A program made the position numbers and the translations under genes. This document shows, in pieces, positions 28,285-40,264 of a stretch of DNA of 64,000 nt. Each line of letters opens with the position of its first letter. The first letter of the stretch is position 1. Where the stretch lies: NCBI RefSeq assembly GCF_009914755.1, contig NC_060925.1; one strand, written 5' to 3'. A model generated the notes under the pieces. It did not search any database, was not told the DNA's origin, and saw only the letters and a program-made list of their open reading frames with translations. This stretch comes from the human T2T-CHM13v2.0 reference genome, Homo sapiens.

Positions 28285-30666
28285 CAGGCACACCTCATTT
28301 TATTGCACTTCACTCTATTGCACTCCACAGATATTGCATTTTTTTACAAATTGAAGGTTTGTGGCAACCCTGCACCAGGCAAGTCTATCAGCACCATTTT
28401 TCCAACAGCACATGCTCACTTCATGTCTCTGTGTCACATTTGGGTAACTCTCACAATATTTCAAACTTGTTTCTTGTGGTATCTGCGATGGTGATCTATG
28501 ATCAGTGATCTTTGATGTTACTATTGTAATTCTTTTGGGGAGCTACAAACTGTGCCCACATAAGTCGGCAAACTTAATCTATAAATGTTGTGTGTGTTTT
28601 GACTTCTCTACCTACTGGCCATCTCCTCATGTCTTTTCCTCTCCTCGATCCCGCCTATTCCCTGAGACATAACAATATTGAAATTAGGCCAATTAATAAC
28701 CCCACAATGACCTGTAAGTGTTCAAGTGAAAGGAAGAGTCACATGTCTCCCACTTTAAATCAGAAGCTAGAAATGATTAAGCTTAGGAAGGCACGTCGAA
28801 AGACCAGGCAGGCCAAAAGCGAGGCTTCTTGCACCAAACAGTTAGCTAGTTGTAAATGCAATGGAAAAGTTCTTGAAGGAAATTAAAAGTACTACTCTAG
28901 TGAACACATGAATGATAAATGAAACAGCATTATTGCTGATATGGAGAAAGTTTTAGTGACTCAATAGAAGATCAAACCAGCCACAACATTCTCTTAAGCC
29001 AAAACCTAATTCAGAGCAAGGCAGTAACTTTCTTTAATTCTACGAAGCCTGAGAAGTGTGAAGAAGCTGCAGAAGAAAAGTTGAAGCTAGCAGAGGTGGG
29101 TTCATGAAGTTTAAGAAAAGAAGCTGTCTCCATAACGTGAAAGTGCAAGGTGAAGCAGCAAGTGCTGATGTAGAAGCTGCAGCAAGTTATCCAGAAGGTC
29201 TAGCTAGGATCACTGATAAAGTGGCTACATGAAACAACAGATTTTCAATGCGGAAAATATAGCCTTCTATGGGAGGAAGATGTCATCCAGGGCTTTTACA
29301 GCTAGAGAGAAGAAGGCAATGCCTGGCTTTACAACTTCAAAGGATTGGATGACTCTCTTGTTAAGGGCTCATGCAGGTGGTGACTTTACATTGAAGCCAA
29401 TACCAGTTAGGGCCCTTAAGAGTTATGCTAAATCTACTCTGCCTGTGTTCTATAAATGGAACAACGAGGCCTGGATGACAGCATATCAGTTTGTAGCATG
29501 ATTTATAGACTATTTTAAGCCCACTGTTGAGACCTACTCCTCAGAAAAGAGGATTCCTTTCAAAATATTACTGCTCACTGAGAAGGTACCTTGTCACCCA
29601 AGAATTCTTCTGGAGATGTACAAGTAGATTAATGTTTTTTTTCATGCCTGCTCATACAACATCCATTCTGCAGCCCATGATCAAGGAGTAATTTTGGCCT
29701 TCAAGCCTAGAGGTATATTAATATTTTGTAAGGCTATAGCTACCATAGATTGTGATTGTTCTGATGAATCTAAGCAAATTGAAGAGCTCTGGAAAGAATG
29801 TATCCTTCTAGATTCCATTAAGAATATTCATGATTCATAGGAGCAGGTCAAAATATCATTAAGGGGAGTTTGGAAGAAGCTGGTTGTAGTTCTCATGGAT
29901 GAATTTAGGGGTTCAAGACTTCAGTGGAGAAAGTAACTGCAGATGTGGGGTAAATAACAAGAAAACTAGAATTAGAAGTGGAGCCTGAAGATATGACTGA
30001 ATTACTACAACCTCATCATAAAAGCTGAAGGCATAAGGAGATGCTTCTTATGGATAAGCAAAGAAAGTGGTTTCTTAGATGAAATCTACCCCTGGTGAAG
30101 ATGCTATGAATGTTGCTGAACTGACAACAGTGGATTTAGAATATTACATACACACAGTTGATAAAGCAGCAGCAGGATTTGAGAGGATTGACTCCAATTT
30201 TTAAAGTCCTACTGTGGGTAAAATGCTATCAAACAGGATCATCTGTTAAAGAGAAGTCTTTTGTGGAAGGAAGAGTCAACGAATGTGGCAAAGTTCGTTG
30301 TTATCTTATTTTAAGAAATTGCCACAGCCACCCCAGTCTTCAGCAACCACTACCATGATCAGTCAGCGCCATCAACATGGAGGCAAAACCCTCCACCAGC
30401 AAAAAGAGTACAACTTGCTGAAGGCTCCAATTACAACTTGCTGAAGAATCTGGTGGTTTTTTTTTTTTAGCAACAAAGTATTTTTAAGTTAAGTACCTTA
30501 TTTGTTTATTCATAATGTTATTGAACACTTAATAGATAAGTATAGTGTAAAGATAACTTTAATATATACCGGGAGACCAAAAAGTTTGTGTAACTTGCTG
30601 TATTGTGATACTTGCTTTATTGCAGTGGTCTGGAACTGAATCTGCAATATCTCTGAAGTATGTCTG
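28285..30666 (+). mobile_element. Tigger1 DNA transposon, near full length, transposase decayed
   Basis: TIRs caggcacacctc.../...gaagtatgtctg with TA duplications; 2.38 kb. Fragments KCSSERKSHMSPTLNQKLEMIKL and KQQIFNAENIAFY...SKDWMTLLL match pogo/Tigger transposase but are split by frameshifts and stops. Confidence 0.95.
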
Positions 30667-31967
30667 TAGTCCACAAGCTGTCTCCCAACCATCAACATGG
30701 CAAAATTTCTCTCCACTTCGGCATATAGGTGCCTTTCCCTCTTACCAGTCCCTCCAATACATACTCTCTAGGCTGTACGTTACATAGTTTTACTATTTCT
30801 TTCCTATTTCTAGTTTGCTGTTTGTCTTAATTCTAATCTGATTTCATCCATATAAAAACATCAGGCAAGCTACACAATGCAGTTTGTCCTGAATCCTGCC
30901 TTTATGGCCAGACCTGATTTTATTTGACATTTATAGCAGAATAAGTTCACAACATTTATTCATATATTTTTATGTCCTTAACACTCCCCTCCATGTCTCT
31001 GTTGCACTAATGTTCTCATACTCAGAAGACTACAGTGGTTTTTAAAAGTAAAAACGAAAAGAAAAGGGAGATATGGATGTGGGAGTCAGCAATCATTATG
31101 CAGGTGCCTGTGACCCAGAAATGAATGAAAAGAGGCCTGGGTTCAGGGCTGGAGGGCCTGGATTTCCAGATCCATTTGTCATGGAATATATGCTACAAGA
31201 CAAACCTTTTTACCTTTTGTGCCTTGGTTTCTTCTTTGGGGAATGGACTAAGAACACTTGTTGGTTTATAAGAATTTTAGGCTGAATTACTGGAGATGAT
31301 GTAAACAGAAGACTTTAGAAAACCCACATAAACTTTAGCTCTTAATAAAGACGATGATGATATACATTGATGTTTCTGTATGAAGCCTTTTCTTTATCTT
31401 CCTTTGCCGCTAGTGCCCTTTGGACAGTTACCAATTAACACTGTATTTTGTTCTTTAACTTTTCATGTTACTCTATTAAGACTGCATGTTCCTCAACTGC
31501 ATGCACCATATGACCACCTGTAGAAATGATTGTAAAATAATTAGTACATATCCTAAAATAGTTACTTTTCAAGATTTTATACTTGAAAAGAGGCTGTCAT
31601 CATTCATTGTTTTAAATGCTCCTTTGAGGAATGATCCAGTTTGATGAACATAAGAAAATACTGTTGTTTTTACTATTACATTTCTGTTGTTTGATCAAAT
31701 GTGGGATTATCCAATTTAATTATCCATGCAGTTCATCAAAGTTGTTTCCAAACAGATACTTCATTAAAAATAAGTCATCAAAAGACAAAGATTTACCACC
31801 CCTGAGAATATACAAAACATCAAACTACAGGTTCCAGAGCTCTTGCAAAATAAATTCATAAAGTGTACCATCACATCATTGTATTAAATATATACTTCCT
31901 CAGAGTGACTACTTTGAAAGCTCAGCTCAAGTTTTGCATACAACTCTTGTTGTATTTATATAAAAAT

Positions 31968-32245
<278 letters not shown>

Positions 32246-34859
32246 TTAGCATCATACCTCATACCTAGCACCTCTTAGAATAGAACAGAACTCATAGTAC
32301 ATGCTCAACAGTATGCAATTGATTGTGGCTTATTGTTAAGAGTTTGATATGACAGAAGTAGATAACAAAAGAATGGTTAAAAATATTACAAATGAAATAT
32401 ACTTTTTCATATGTAAACAAACCTGGATTCTAGCCATGGTAATCTTCTGAGATGCATATTCCATGATTGTAATGTTTTTAAAAGGACACATTTATAACTT
32501 TAGAAATTTAGATGTTTGTCTTAGTGCTAGAAAAGGAAGATATTAGTAAATAGTGGAAAAAGTTAATATGGGAGTCTTGGCAATTGAGTTCTTAAGCAAT
32601 GGATGGCAAGTGCCCAATGGGTGACTATAGAGGGTCAATTTGGAAAGATTAAGGACACTTAACCTGGGTTCTTCGCTTATGAGTGGTAATATACTAAAAT
32701 CATCTGAAAGAAATCCAGGATCTGAAAACATATGCTCAAATTCAGACAGATGATTAAATCTACTATCCATTCATCTGCTTAATTGAGCAACTCCCATATG
32801 CTAGGCACTGTGCTAGGCATTAGAGACACGGTATTGGACTGAACATTCACAATTGCTTTATTTTAGTCATTATTATAAGAGCTATTAAAGAAAAGTAGAA
32901 TATATTACTAAAGTAATAGGGAGCTTGGTTTTTATGAAATGGACAGGAAAGAGTATTCCAAAACTGTTTATTTATCTGAAAAAAAAGTACTGCTAAAACA
33001 GTTATAATAAAGCTGTTTCTACTATTACAGAGTTATAAAGTTTACACATCAACTTTGATGGGCTGCACTGATAATTAAATTGGATAATCTCACATTTGAT
33101 TAAATGGTTTCAGTCTGCTGAAAGGCTTTTGCTTAGGTTATAATGTAGACTCCTATTTACTATATGATTTTTTGCTGAACTACAAAAATATTATTTAGCA
33201 CTAACAGAAATAGAAAACTATCAGTTATTGAAGATAAAGCAGTTCATAATGTTGAAATGTAGTAAGTGTACTGGTGTCAATATAATAAAGCTGGTGTAAT
33301 ATTACGAAATGTAGATCAAATATAAGTCACCTGCTCAGGAAGGCATCTTTATTATGGTTTTCAAGTACCTAAGCTAGTTGTGGAACCAGTTGAAGCTGTT
33401 TATACAAAAGCTTATTGGAGAAATGCCAAAATATTAAGGCAGAAAGCAAATTATAATTGGATTGGAGAATAGATCTAGCTGCTGTAATTCATTAATTTTT
33501 TTAGAAAAGTTAAACCTGGGTGCTTGTGTTTGTTAAAAGAGTAATATAATCAAGACATAACAAAATATTATTTGTATAATGGGAGTCTCTGGTTTTGAAC
33601 TGTCTAGACACTGAAAGTACCTATAAAAATGTGAACTTCATGTGGGTGGGGATTTTTGTCTATTTCGTCTACTGCTGTTTCTGAAGAGCTTAGAATAGTC
33701 CCTTACATTAACAGAGCTATATATTTTTAAATTAATGAATGAATGAAAAGCAAAGTGAAAAATGGTGTATTTATGTAGAAAAGGAAGAAATCAACAAAAT
33801 GTTAAGTGATGTCACATTTAACATAGAAAAAATAATTTGAAGGCATTGAATAAATTGAGTTTATAAAAAGAACCTACAAAAATAACATTTTTATATTAAT
33901 AAGGTAAGTATAAAGACATGAGGGAACAATTCACTTAGTGTGTCATCTAGGAAATCAAATACTCAAATTGCAAGCCTGTTTAAAAGGGCATTGAACTACA
34001 TTATGTGTAATTTGTAGTCACAAATGCCAAGTAAAAGACAACCAAGCTCCTACTTTAGGGAGGCTACCATAAGACTTTTAAGAGATTGTTTTGCTTTCTA
34101 TGTGACTTTACAAAACTACAGTATGGAAGGTACAATAATGTGGGTATATCTATACTGATACATTTATGAACTCATATGCAACCATTGTTCCTTTGAGATC
34201 ACGCTATGAATGTTGATTTTCACCTGCACTTTTCCAGCATTGCTAAAGACCAGTGCATAACTCACTGCAATAGTAACTTCCATGTGTCTTGTTCTTTGTT
34301 TTGCTGTGCCAATTTGCACTGCCAAGTGACACTGTGACGCTCAGTCTGCTGAAAGGCTTTCACTTAGGAAGAGTCACCCAATTTCTGATGACTGTTCCCT
34401 GGGGTTGACCGCCAGCTCTATTGCCTCTAGCACTTCATTGTCGTGTCATTCCATTTTTAATTTTTCAACCTACTTTTGAAGTGTTTCCTCCTGACCAAGT
34501 ACAGTACACCTTGGTTTATGCAGATACTCATTTAAAAGACTTATTGAAATATCAATGATCAGCAATTCCTATGTATGGATAAAAATGAATAATTACAGTA
34601 AAATCACAGAGCAGTAAAATTAGTGGCACTATGGTAATCTGTAGGAGACAGAATAGAGTCACTTTGCTACCCAGTCAATAACATTTACTGGGAAGATACT
34701 TTGCATACTATGTAAACTCTTATATCCCCCAGTTGTAGACTTTAATTATCCTCCTATATTTTCAATTCTCCTATATTTTCAATGATGCTTCTTAGAAATT
34801 TAAAAGAATGTGAAAGTTCAGGAGAACATACAAGTCAATAAAAGTCATTTAGGAAATTG

Positions 34860-35290
34860 GGCATCTACTAATTGCTAAGCACTGTGCTAGGTTCTAGGCA
34901 AAAATAAATAAGACATATTCCCTTCCTTTTCCTAGTGCACAGGTGGATAGGGGACCAGCCAGGTACACAGTGCAAGGAGAGCAACAGTAGAGGTATGTCC
35001 AAGGTACAGAGGTAGTGCACAGGGAGTGATTAATTAACTGTGGGTGTGGGGAGAAACAGTGGTGTCAGGATAGGTTTCTAAAGGAAGGTTTTTAAAGATC
35101 AACTCTGAGGCCATCAGGCAGAAAAGAGGAGAGGACATTCCAGGAAGACAGAACAGATGACACAAATGCACGGAGGAGTCAAGCAATATGGTGTGTTCGG
35201 GGAATTCCAAGAAAACGAACATCGCTGAACCTACAGTGCTTGTGGGAAACAGAAGAGTAAACAACTCTTGGAGGTTATGTTTGTGAGGTG
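34860..35290 (-). mobile_element. L2 fragment
   Basis: gcatctactaattgctaagcactgtgctaggttctagg...ggacattccaggaagacagaacag. Confidence 0.65.
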
Positions 35291-36151
35291 TGGAGTGGCA
35301 TAACCAAAAAAAGCATTGAGCTGACCCTTGCTGGGTCTGACAGTTTATGTATATGCTGATGGCTATGAAGACAAGTATAAGTTAAATTATCACAAGGACT
35401 TTTCAGTCCTTCTATGACAATATATACAATGTAAAAGGCAACAGCTTTAAGCAGTTTTAAAAATACGATATATCGTTTCTTTTGAGGATCTTGTCCATTT
35501 CAGTGATTCTATATTTTAAGTAGTGAATGTTGACACAATAAAAATTCACCTTGCCAGACAGGCAGGCAATCAGGACCCAGTTTATTTGTGACAAGGACTG
35601 ATTATTCTTTCCTGATGGACATTAACCTTGTTTCTCTTTAGCTGAGACTGCTCTTTGTTACCTTACCGAACTGTCTATCCTGTAGTTTTCCTGTGTGGCT
35701 AAATGAAAGATTGTAAATAGCCTTGTAGTACCTAAAACAAAGTATGCAAATAATTATTGACTGGCCAAGTCTATCAGACATTGGATACATCTAAAGCACA
35801 TGATATAAAGACATGTGCAGTTTTAAGAGTTTACTATTAATCTGCTGAATCTGTCACATTTGATAAATTCTTTGTTTACAAATGACTGCAATCTGTTAAT
35901 GCTCATTTGTATGAATTCAACATGTTTTCCACTTTGCTCTTTAAAAAGAATGCGTAAGACTGACTGCCGCTAACTATTAGGTGAAGAATATTCCCCTAGA
36001 ACAGCACAGCATGGCATGTGGTAGAATGGTGCCCAACAAGCATTTATTGGGTGCCACTCTACCACAGAATGAATTATTAATAGCTTATAATCAAGGCCTT
36101 TGATTCTTAAGCAACTAAGCCTTTTTATTCTCAGCTTTGACCATATGGAGA

Positions 36152-36635
36152 AGTACTGTCCAACAGAGAGATAATGTAATGTAAACCACATATGTAAGTT
36201 TATATTTTTTAGGATCTGCATTTGAAAAAGTAAAAAAGAAACAGTTGAAAATGATTTAATAATATATTTTATTTAACCTAATATATTAAAATATTGGCAT
36301 TTCAATATGAAATGGTTATAATATTTATAAAGAGACATCTTACTCTCTTTTTTTTCCTACTATTTGAAAATGTGGTGTGCATTTTATATTTATAGCACAT
36401 CCCAATTCAGGTAATACATTTCCATGAGAAATACTTAATCGGTATATAGATTTCAGAAAATTTACAGTTGAAAAAGTAGATTCATATACTTAACATACTT
36501 TCAAACATAACACAATTTTTCAGTCACTGAATCAAATCGGTTTTTAAGTGTAAATTATTTGAAATTGAGTCAAATTAAAAATTCAAGCAACATGTCAAGA
36601 GCTCAGTAGTCACATGTAACTGGTACTGGACCCGG
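36152..36635. mobile_element. hAT-Charlie element (MER33/Charlie5-like)
   Basis: gtactgtccaacag...aaaaagaaacagttgaaaatg...aataatatattttatttaacc...gctcagtagtcacatgt...tactggac. Confidence 0.7.
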
Positions 36636-39208
36636 TAGTTCTAAAAAATTCTACTCCATAGGGCTGACGGTAGGCAATGCTCTTTTCCCACTTTTCACTG
36701 TAGGTTTAGCACCTTTTAGATCTTTATTTCCCTTTTGTTTTGTCAGTACTTCAATTTTCTTCCAAAACTTTCATTACCCTAACACATTAAGTTAGGAACC
36801 TGTGAATTGAACATGCCACATTTGGTTAATAACCCAAAAAAAAATTACTCAAAGCCTTAAAATATTCCCTTTGTCATTTCTCCATAGTCACAGACACAGA
36901 AGCTATATATAGTAACACAAAAAAATTTTGCTCATGAGCATTTTCATTTCTAAGGACTAGGGTTAAACAGTATTGACTCCATCACAATAATGCCTCATGT
37001 CATTTTTTTTTCCTCTCCCATGTTTAAGGATCTACTAATGCCATTTTAAGGGGAGAAGAGCTCATATAGGGACAGACAGTATTTCCTTTTGAAAAACATA
37101 GTGACTTTTTTTTTAACCTGGGCAAAGTGCATTTTCACTTAGTTTTCACTACATACCAAGCTTAAAATTGTTAGGTATTAATAAGGATTATTTGAATGGC
37201 ATTTTCTTTTGGATAGAATTGTTCTATCCAAAAAAACAATTTGGCTAGCTAGAATTATGGATTCGAGCTACCTAGTAATGACTCTCTTTGAATGTAGTTT
37301 CACTGTTAGAAGTGTTCTTGGGGATTGACTTAAACAATAAATATCCCTTCCTATTATTATGTGATATTCCGTAAATTTCAATATGTGAAATAGTGAGCAT
37401 TGTGTAGCAAATATAGCTAAGGGATTTGTCCATGGCTTTTAACAGACACTTTAAAATCTGTGGAAGCCACTGGCCAGAATCTGGGGCTCTCCTTTAAGCT
37501 CTGTCTCGAATTAGCCATTATATCTTATGGGGTGAACCTATGGTTTTTGTGACTGGTGCAAGATTGAACAGCACCACATATTTCAGTTATCTTCTTCTGT
37601 ATCTTATTAACCTGGTGCATCTGTGATCTTGAACAAGTTAACTTAGTGGAATTTTGTAAAATGGAAATAAATATGCCTGTCAGGGTCACCACGATTATAA
37701 AGATAGAAAAATATGTGAGTATACTTTAAAGAGCAAAATACATACTACCAGCTGAAGGAATGATTCATATTCCAATGGGGCTGAACGCCTTTTCACAGCT
37801 ACTTGTTTATTGCTAGGTTAACTCAGGTACTATTGCAACACTAGGTACCCTTGTGTGGCTGCAGCAGTCAGTGATGCCGCTGACACTGTGATGGCAGCCC
37901 CTACAGGCAGCCGTCGCAATAGTTAACCAGAAAATAACCAGAAAAATACAGGATTATGCCCTTGCAACTTCAATGTATCTTGGTGATTCAGGATTTTCTG
38001 CAGAGGGCACGTAAATGCTTGACATTCTCAGTAACACATCATAGTTCAGGAGGCAGCATTGCAGTTCCGCTGCCTAAATTCTGTTTGAGAAGTGGTGATG
38101 ACCACCAAAGGGATCTTGTTTTTTTTTTTTTTTTCATTTGCTTTGTGAAATTGGTAAGTGGTTACAAGAGAAAATGCTAAAGAAATAAGTACACAGATGG
38201 TGTTCTAGAAGTGAATATAGACTGGGTGAGAATTGCTTCTTTCCTCAAAGGATTTTTGTGTTTGCTATTTTCAGGTCTTTTGGACCCATGCTTCAAGGGT
38301 CAAGTGTTAACTTTTCAGAAACAACCTTTAATGAGTCAGGATAAAAACCATCTGGTTCAGGGATTCTTCTTTCAAATGGAGGAAATTCAGAAGAGACGAG
38401 AAATTTCCCACCATTATAAGAATTCCACTGGAGGCATACTGAAGCAGCTCAGAAAATCAATGTATCCGCTCCTATCTTTCATTCCTTTTGTCTTCCTGCC
38501 CATCCATGAAAGGAAGTGAAAAAGAAATGTTGCAAAGAAGAATAGAGAGACGATAAGGTTTTCGTTCTACAGGCTGAATGTGCAAAATGTAAGCTCTCAA
38601 ATGAGATTAAAAAAAAATGCAGCCTTGCTTATAAAAGGCGAATGGGTCCTGGACAATGCACTACAGACGCGGGTGCCTACAGGATGTCTTGAGGCAGGTG
38701 GGTGGAAGTGTGAGGAAGCCACCTGGAAGAGGGAGGACAGGGCCCAAATCAGACACAGCTCTCCATCCTCCCTAAACAGGCTCGCCTAAGTGACACTTCC
38801 TTGTGTCCCAGGAAGTGACGATCAGCCAGTGTAGATGTTGTGACTCGCGGGTCTCACCCACTCCGAGGGTGCTGCAGGGCGCCCAGAGCGAGACGTCTTC
38901 CGCCGGCCCCATTCCCGAAGAGGCCGCGCCGTCGGGGGCTGAGACCCACTTGTACTGAGTCTCCAGCCGCCTCCCTAGGCTGCTGGCGCTTCTAGGGGCT
39001 TCTGTGCTTTTTGCCAAACTCTGAGGGTGACCCTGAACCTAACGGCTCCCTAGAGAAGGAGACTGACAGAGGGCTCAGGCGAGGATAGGGATTGAGAAAG
39101 CGTGGAAACGGGGGAGGAGGAGTAGAATTTAAGAATGGTAAAAGTCCCGAGGTAGGAGAAAAGGAGGGGTAGGATCCAGGGTAGGATTGAATCCAATTCT
39201 TCTCCAAT

Positions 39209-39268
39209 GAAACGGACAAACAAACAAACAAACAGACAAAAACAGAAAGAAAGAAAAAGAAAAAAAAA
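39209..39268 (+). repeat. A-rich (AAAC)n/(GAAA)n low-complexity tract
   Basis: acaaacaaacaaacaaacagac...gaaagaaagaaaaagaaaaaaaa. Confidence 0.8.
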
Positions 39269-39423
39269 GCCACTGATTCACATCAGCTCTCTCTCACCCT
39301 CAACCCGGCAAAAACCAAACACGAATAAAAATAAAACCACCAGAGGCTCTTAGACGACCGTAAACTCTGCGGGTGGGGCACGAAACAAAAATAAACACAG
39401 GGACAGGCGGGCAAGAGAGCGCG

Positions 39424-39465
39424 GGAGGAGGAGGAGGAGAAAAAGGAGGAGGAGGAGGAGGAGGA
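39424..39465 (+). repeat. (GGA)5-GAAAAA-(GGA)7 purine repeat in the promoter
   Basis: Read directly from the sequence. Confidence 0.9.
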
Positions 39466-39712
39466 GGCGGCCCCGCATCCCTAATGAGGGAATGAATGGA
39501 GAGGCCCCCTCGGCTGGCGCCCGCCCACCCGGCGGCGGCCGCCAAGTGCCTCTGGGCGCTGCGTGCCGCGCCCGCTGCTCCGCGCGCAGCCGGCTCGGGC
39601 CGCTCCTCCTGACTGAGGCGCGGCGGCGGCGGTGGCTGTGACCGCGCGGACCGAGCCGAGACATTCGCGCCGGGGGATCGGGCGCCGCCGCCGCTGGGCC
39701 CCGGGCGCGTGG

Positions 39713-39745
39713 ATGCGGCTGGGTCGGGCGGCGCCGTACACCTGA
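39713..39745 (+). other. uORF1 (MRLGRAAPYT*) in the MARK1 leader
   Basis: ATG CGG CTG GGT CGG GCG GCG CCG TAC ACC TGA; weak context (T at -3, C at +4). Confidence 0.55.
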
Positions 39746-39859
39746 GGCGGAGAACGGGGCGCGGCGCGGGTGACGCTGTCAGGGCCGCGGTTCCTGACGC
39801 CCAGGCGCTCGCCAGGACGAGCCAGGCAGTGATTTGAGGCACCGGCTTCACCTTCACCC

Positions 39860-39877
39860 ATGGTCCGGAGAGCCTAG
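39860..39877 (+). other. uORF2 (MVRRA*), same frame as the MARK1 CDS
   Basis: ATG GTC CGG AGA GCC TAG; G at +4; 354 nt (118 codons) upstream of the main ATG. Confidence 0.6.
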
Positions 39878-40213
39878 CGGGGCTCGCCACCGCCTCCCGG
39901 CTCCCCTTCCACGCCTCATCCTGCCAGCCTCGCCGCCCCGCCAGCGCCGGGCAACCGCCTCGCCCGAAGCCCTCCCTCGTTACTGTCCGCATACCCCGGC
40001 GGCGCCGCCGCGGGAAGCGGCTCCCCCTCCTCTTCCTCCGCGTCCTCTTCCCTCTTTCCCCCGCCGGGGCCGCTTGTTGCACCGCCCCGCGGCCTGCGGG
40101 AGCCGCTCGCCCCGGCCTTGTGCTCGCGTCCGCACCCCTTTCCTGTCGCCCCCCGGGGCCCGCACCACAGCCCGGCCGGCGAGACCCCGGCCAGACCCCG
40201 CTGCCCGCACAAA

Positions 40214-40264
40214 ATGTCGGCCCGGACGCCATTGCCGACGGTGAACGAGCGGGACACGGAAAAT
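40214..40264 (+). CDS. MARK1: MARK1 (microtubule affinity-regulating kinase 1), coding part of exon 1, 17 codons, phase-0 intron follows
   Basis: Translation MSARTPLPTVNERDTEN matches the recalled MARK1 N-terminus. Start context is cacaaaATGT (A at -3). A canonical donor AAT|GTGAGT follows at 40265-40270. The exon lies inside a CpG island. Confidence 0.95.

Larger units (their letters stand above)
39550..40213 (+). other. MARK1: MARK1 GC-rich 5' UTR of exon 1 (TSS position approximate)
   Basis: Very GC- and CpG-rich sequence continuous with the CDS start. The exact TSS cannot be read from the sequence. Confidence 0.6.

Noticed and set aside
28590-29501. Transposase-like ORFs as a domesticated TIGD gene
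   Set aside because: Fragmented by stops and frameshifts, with an altered catalytic motif.
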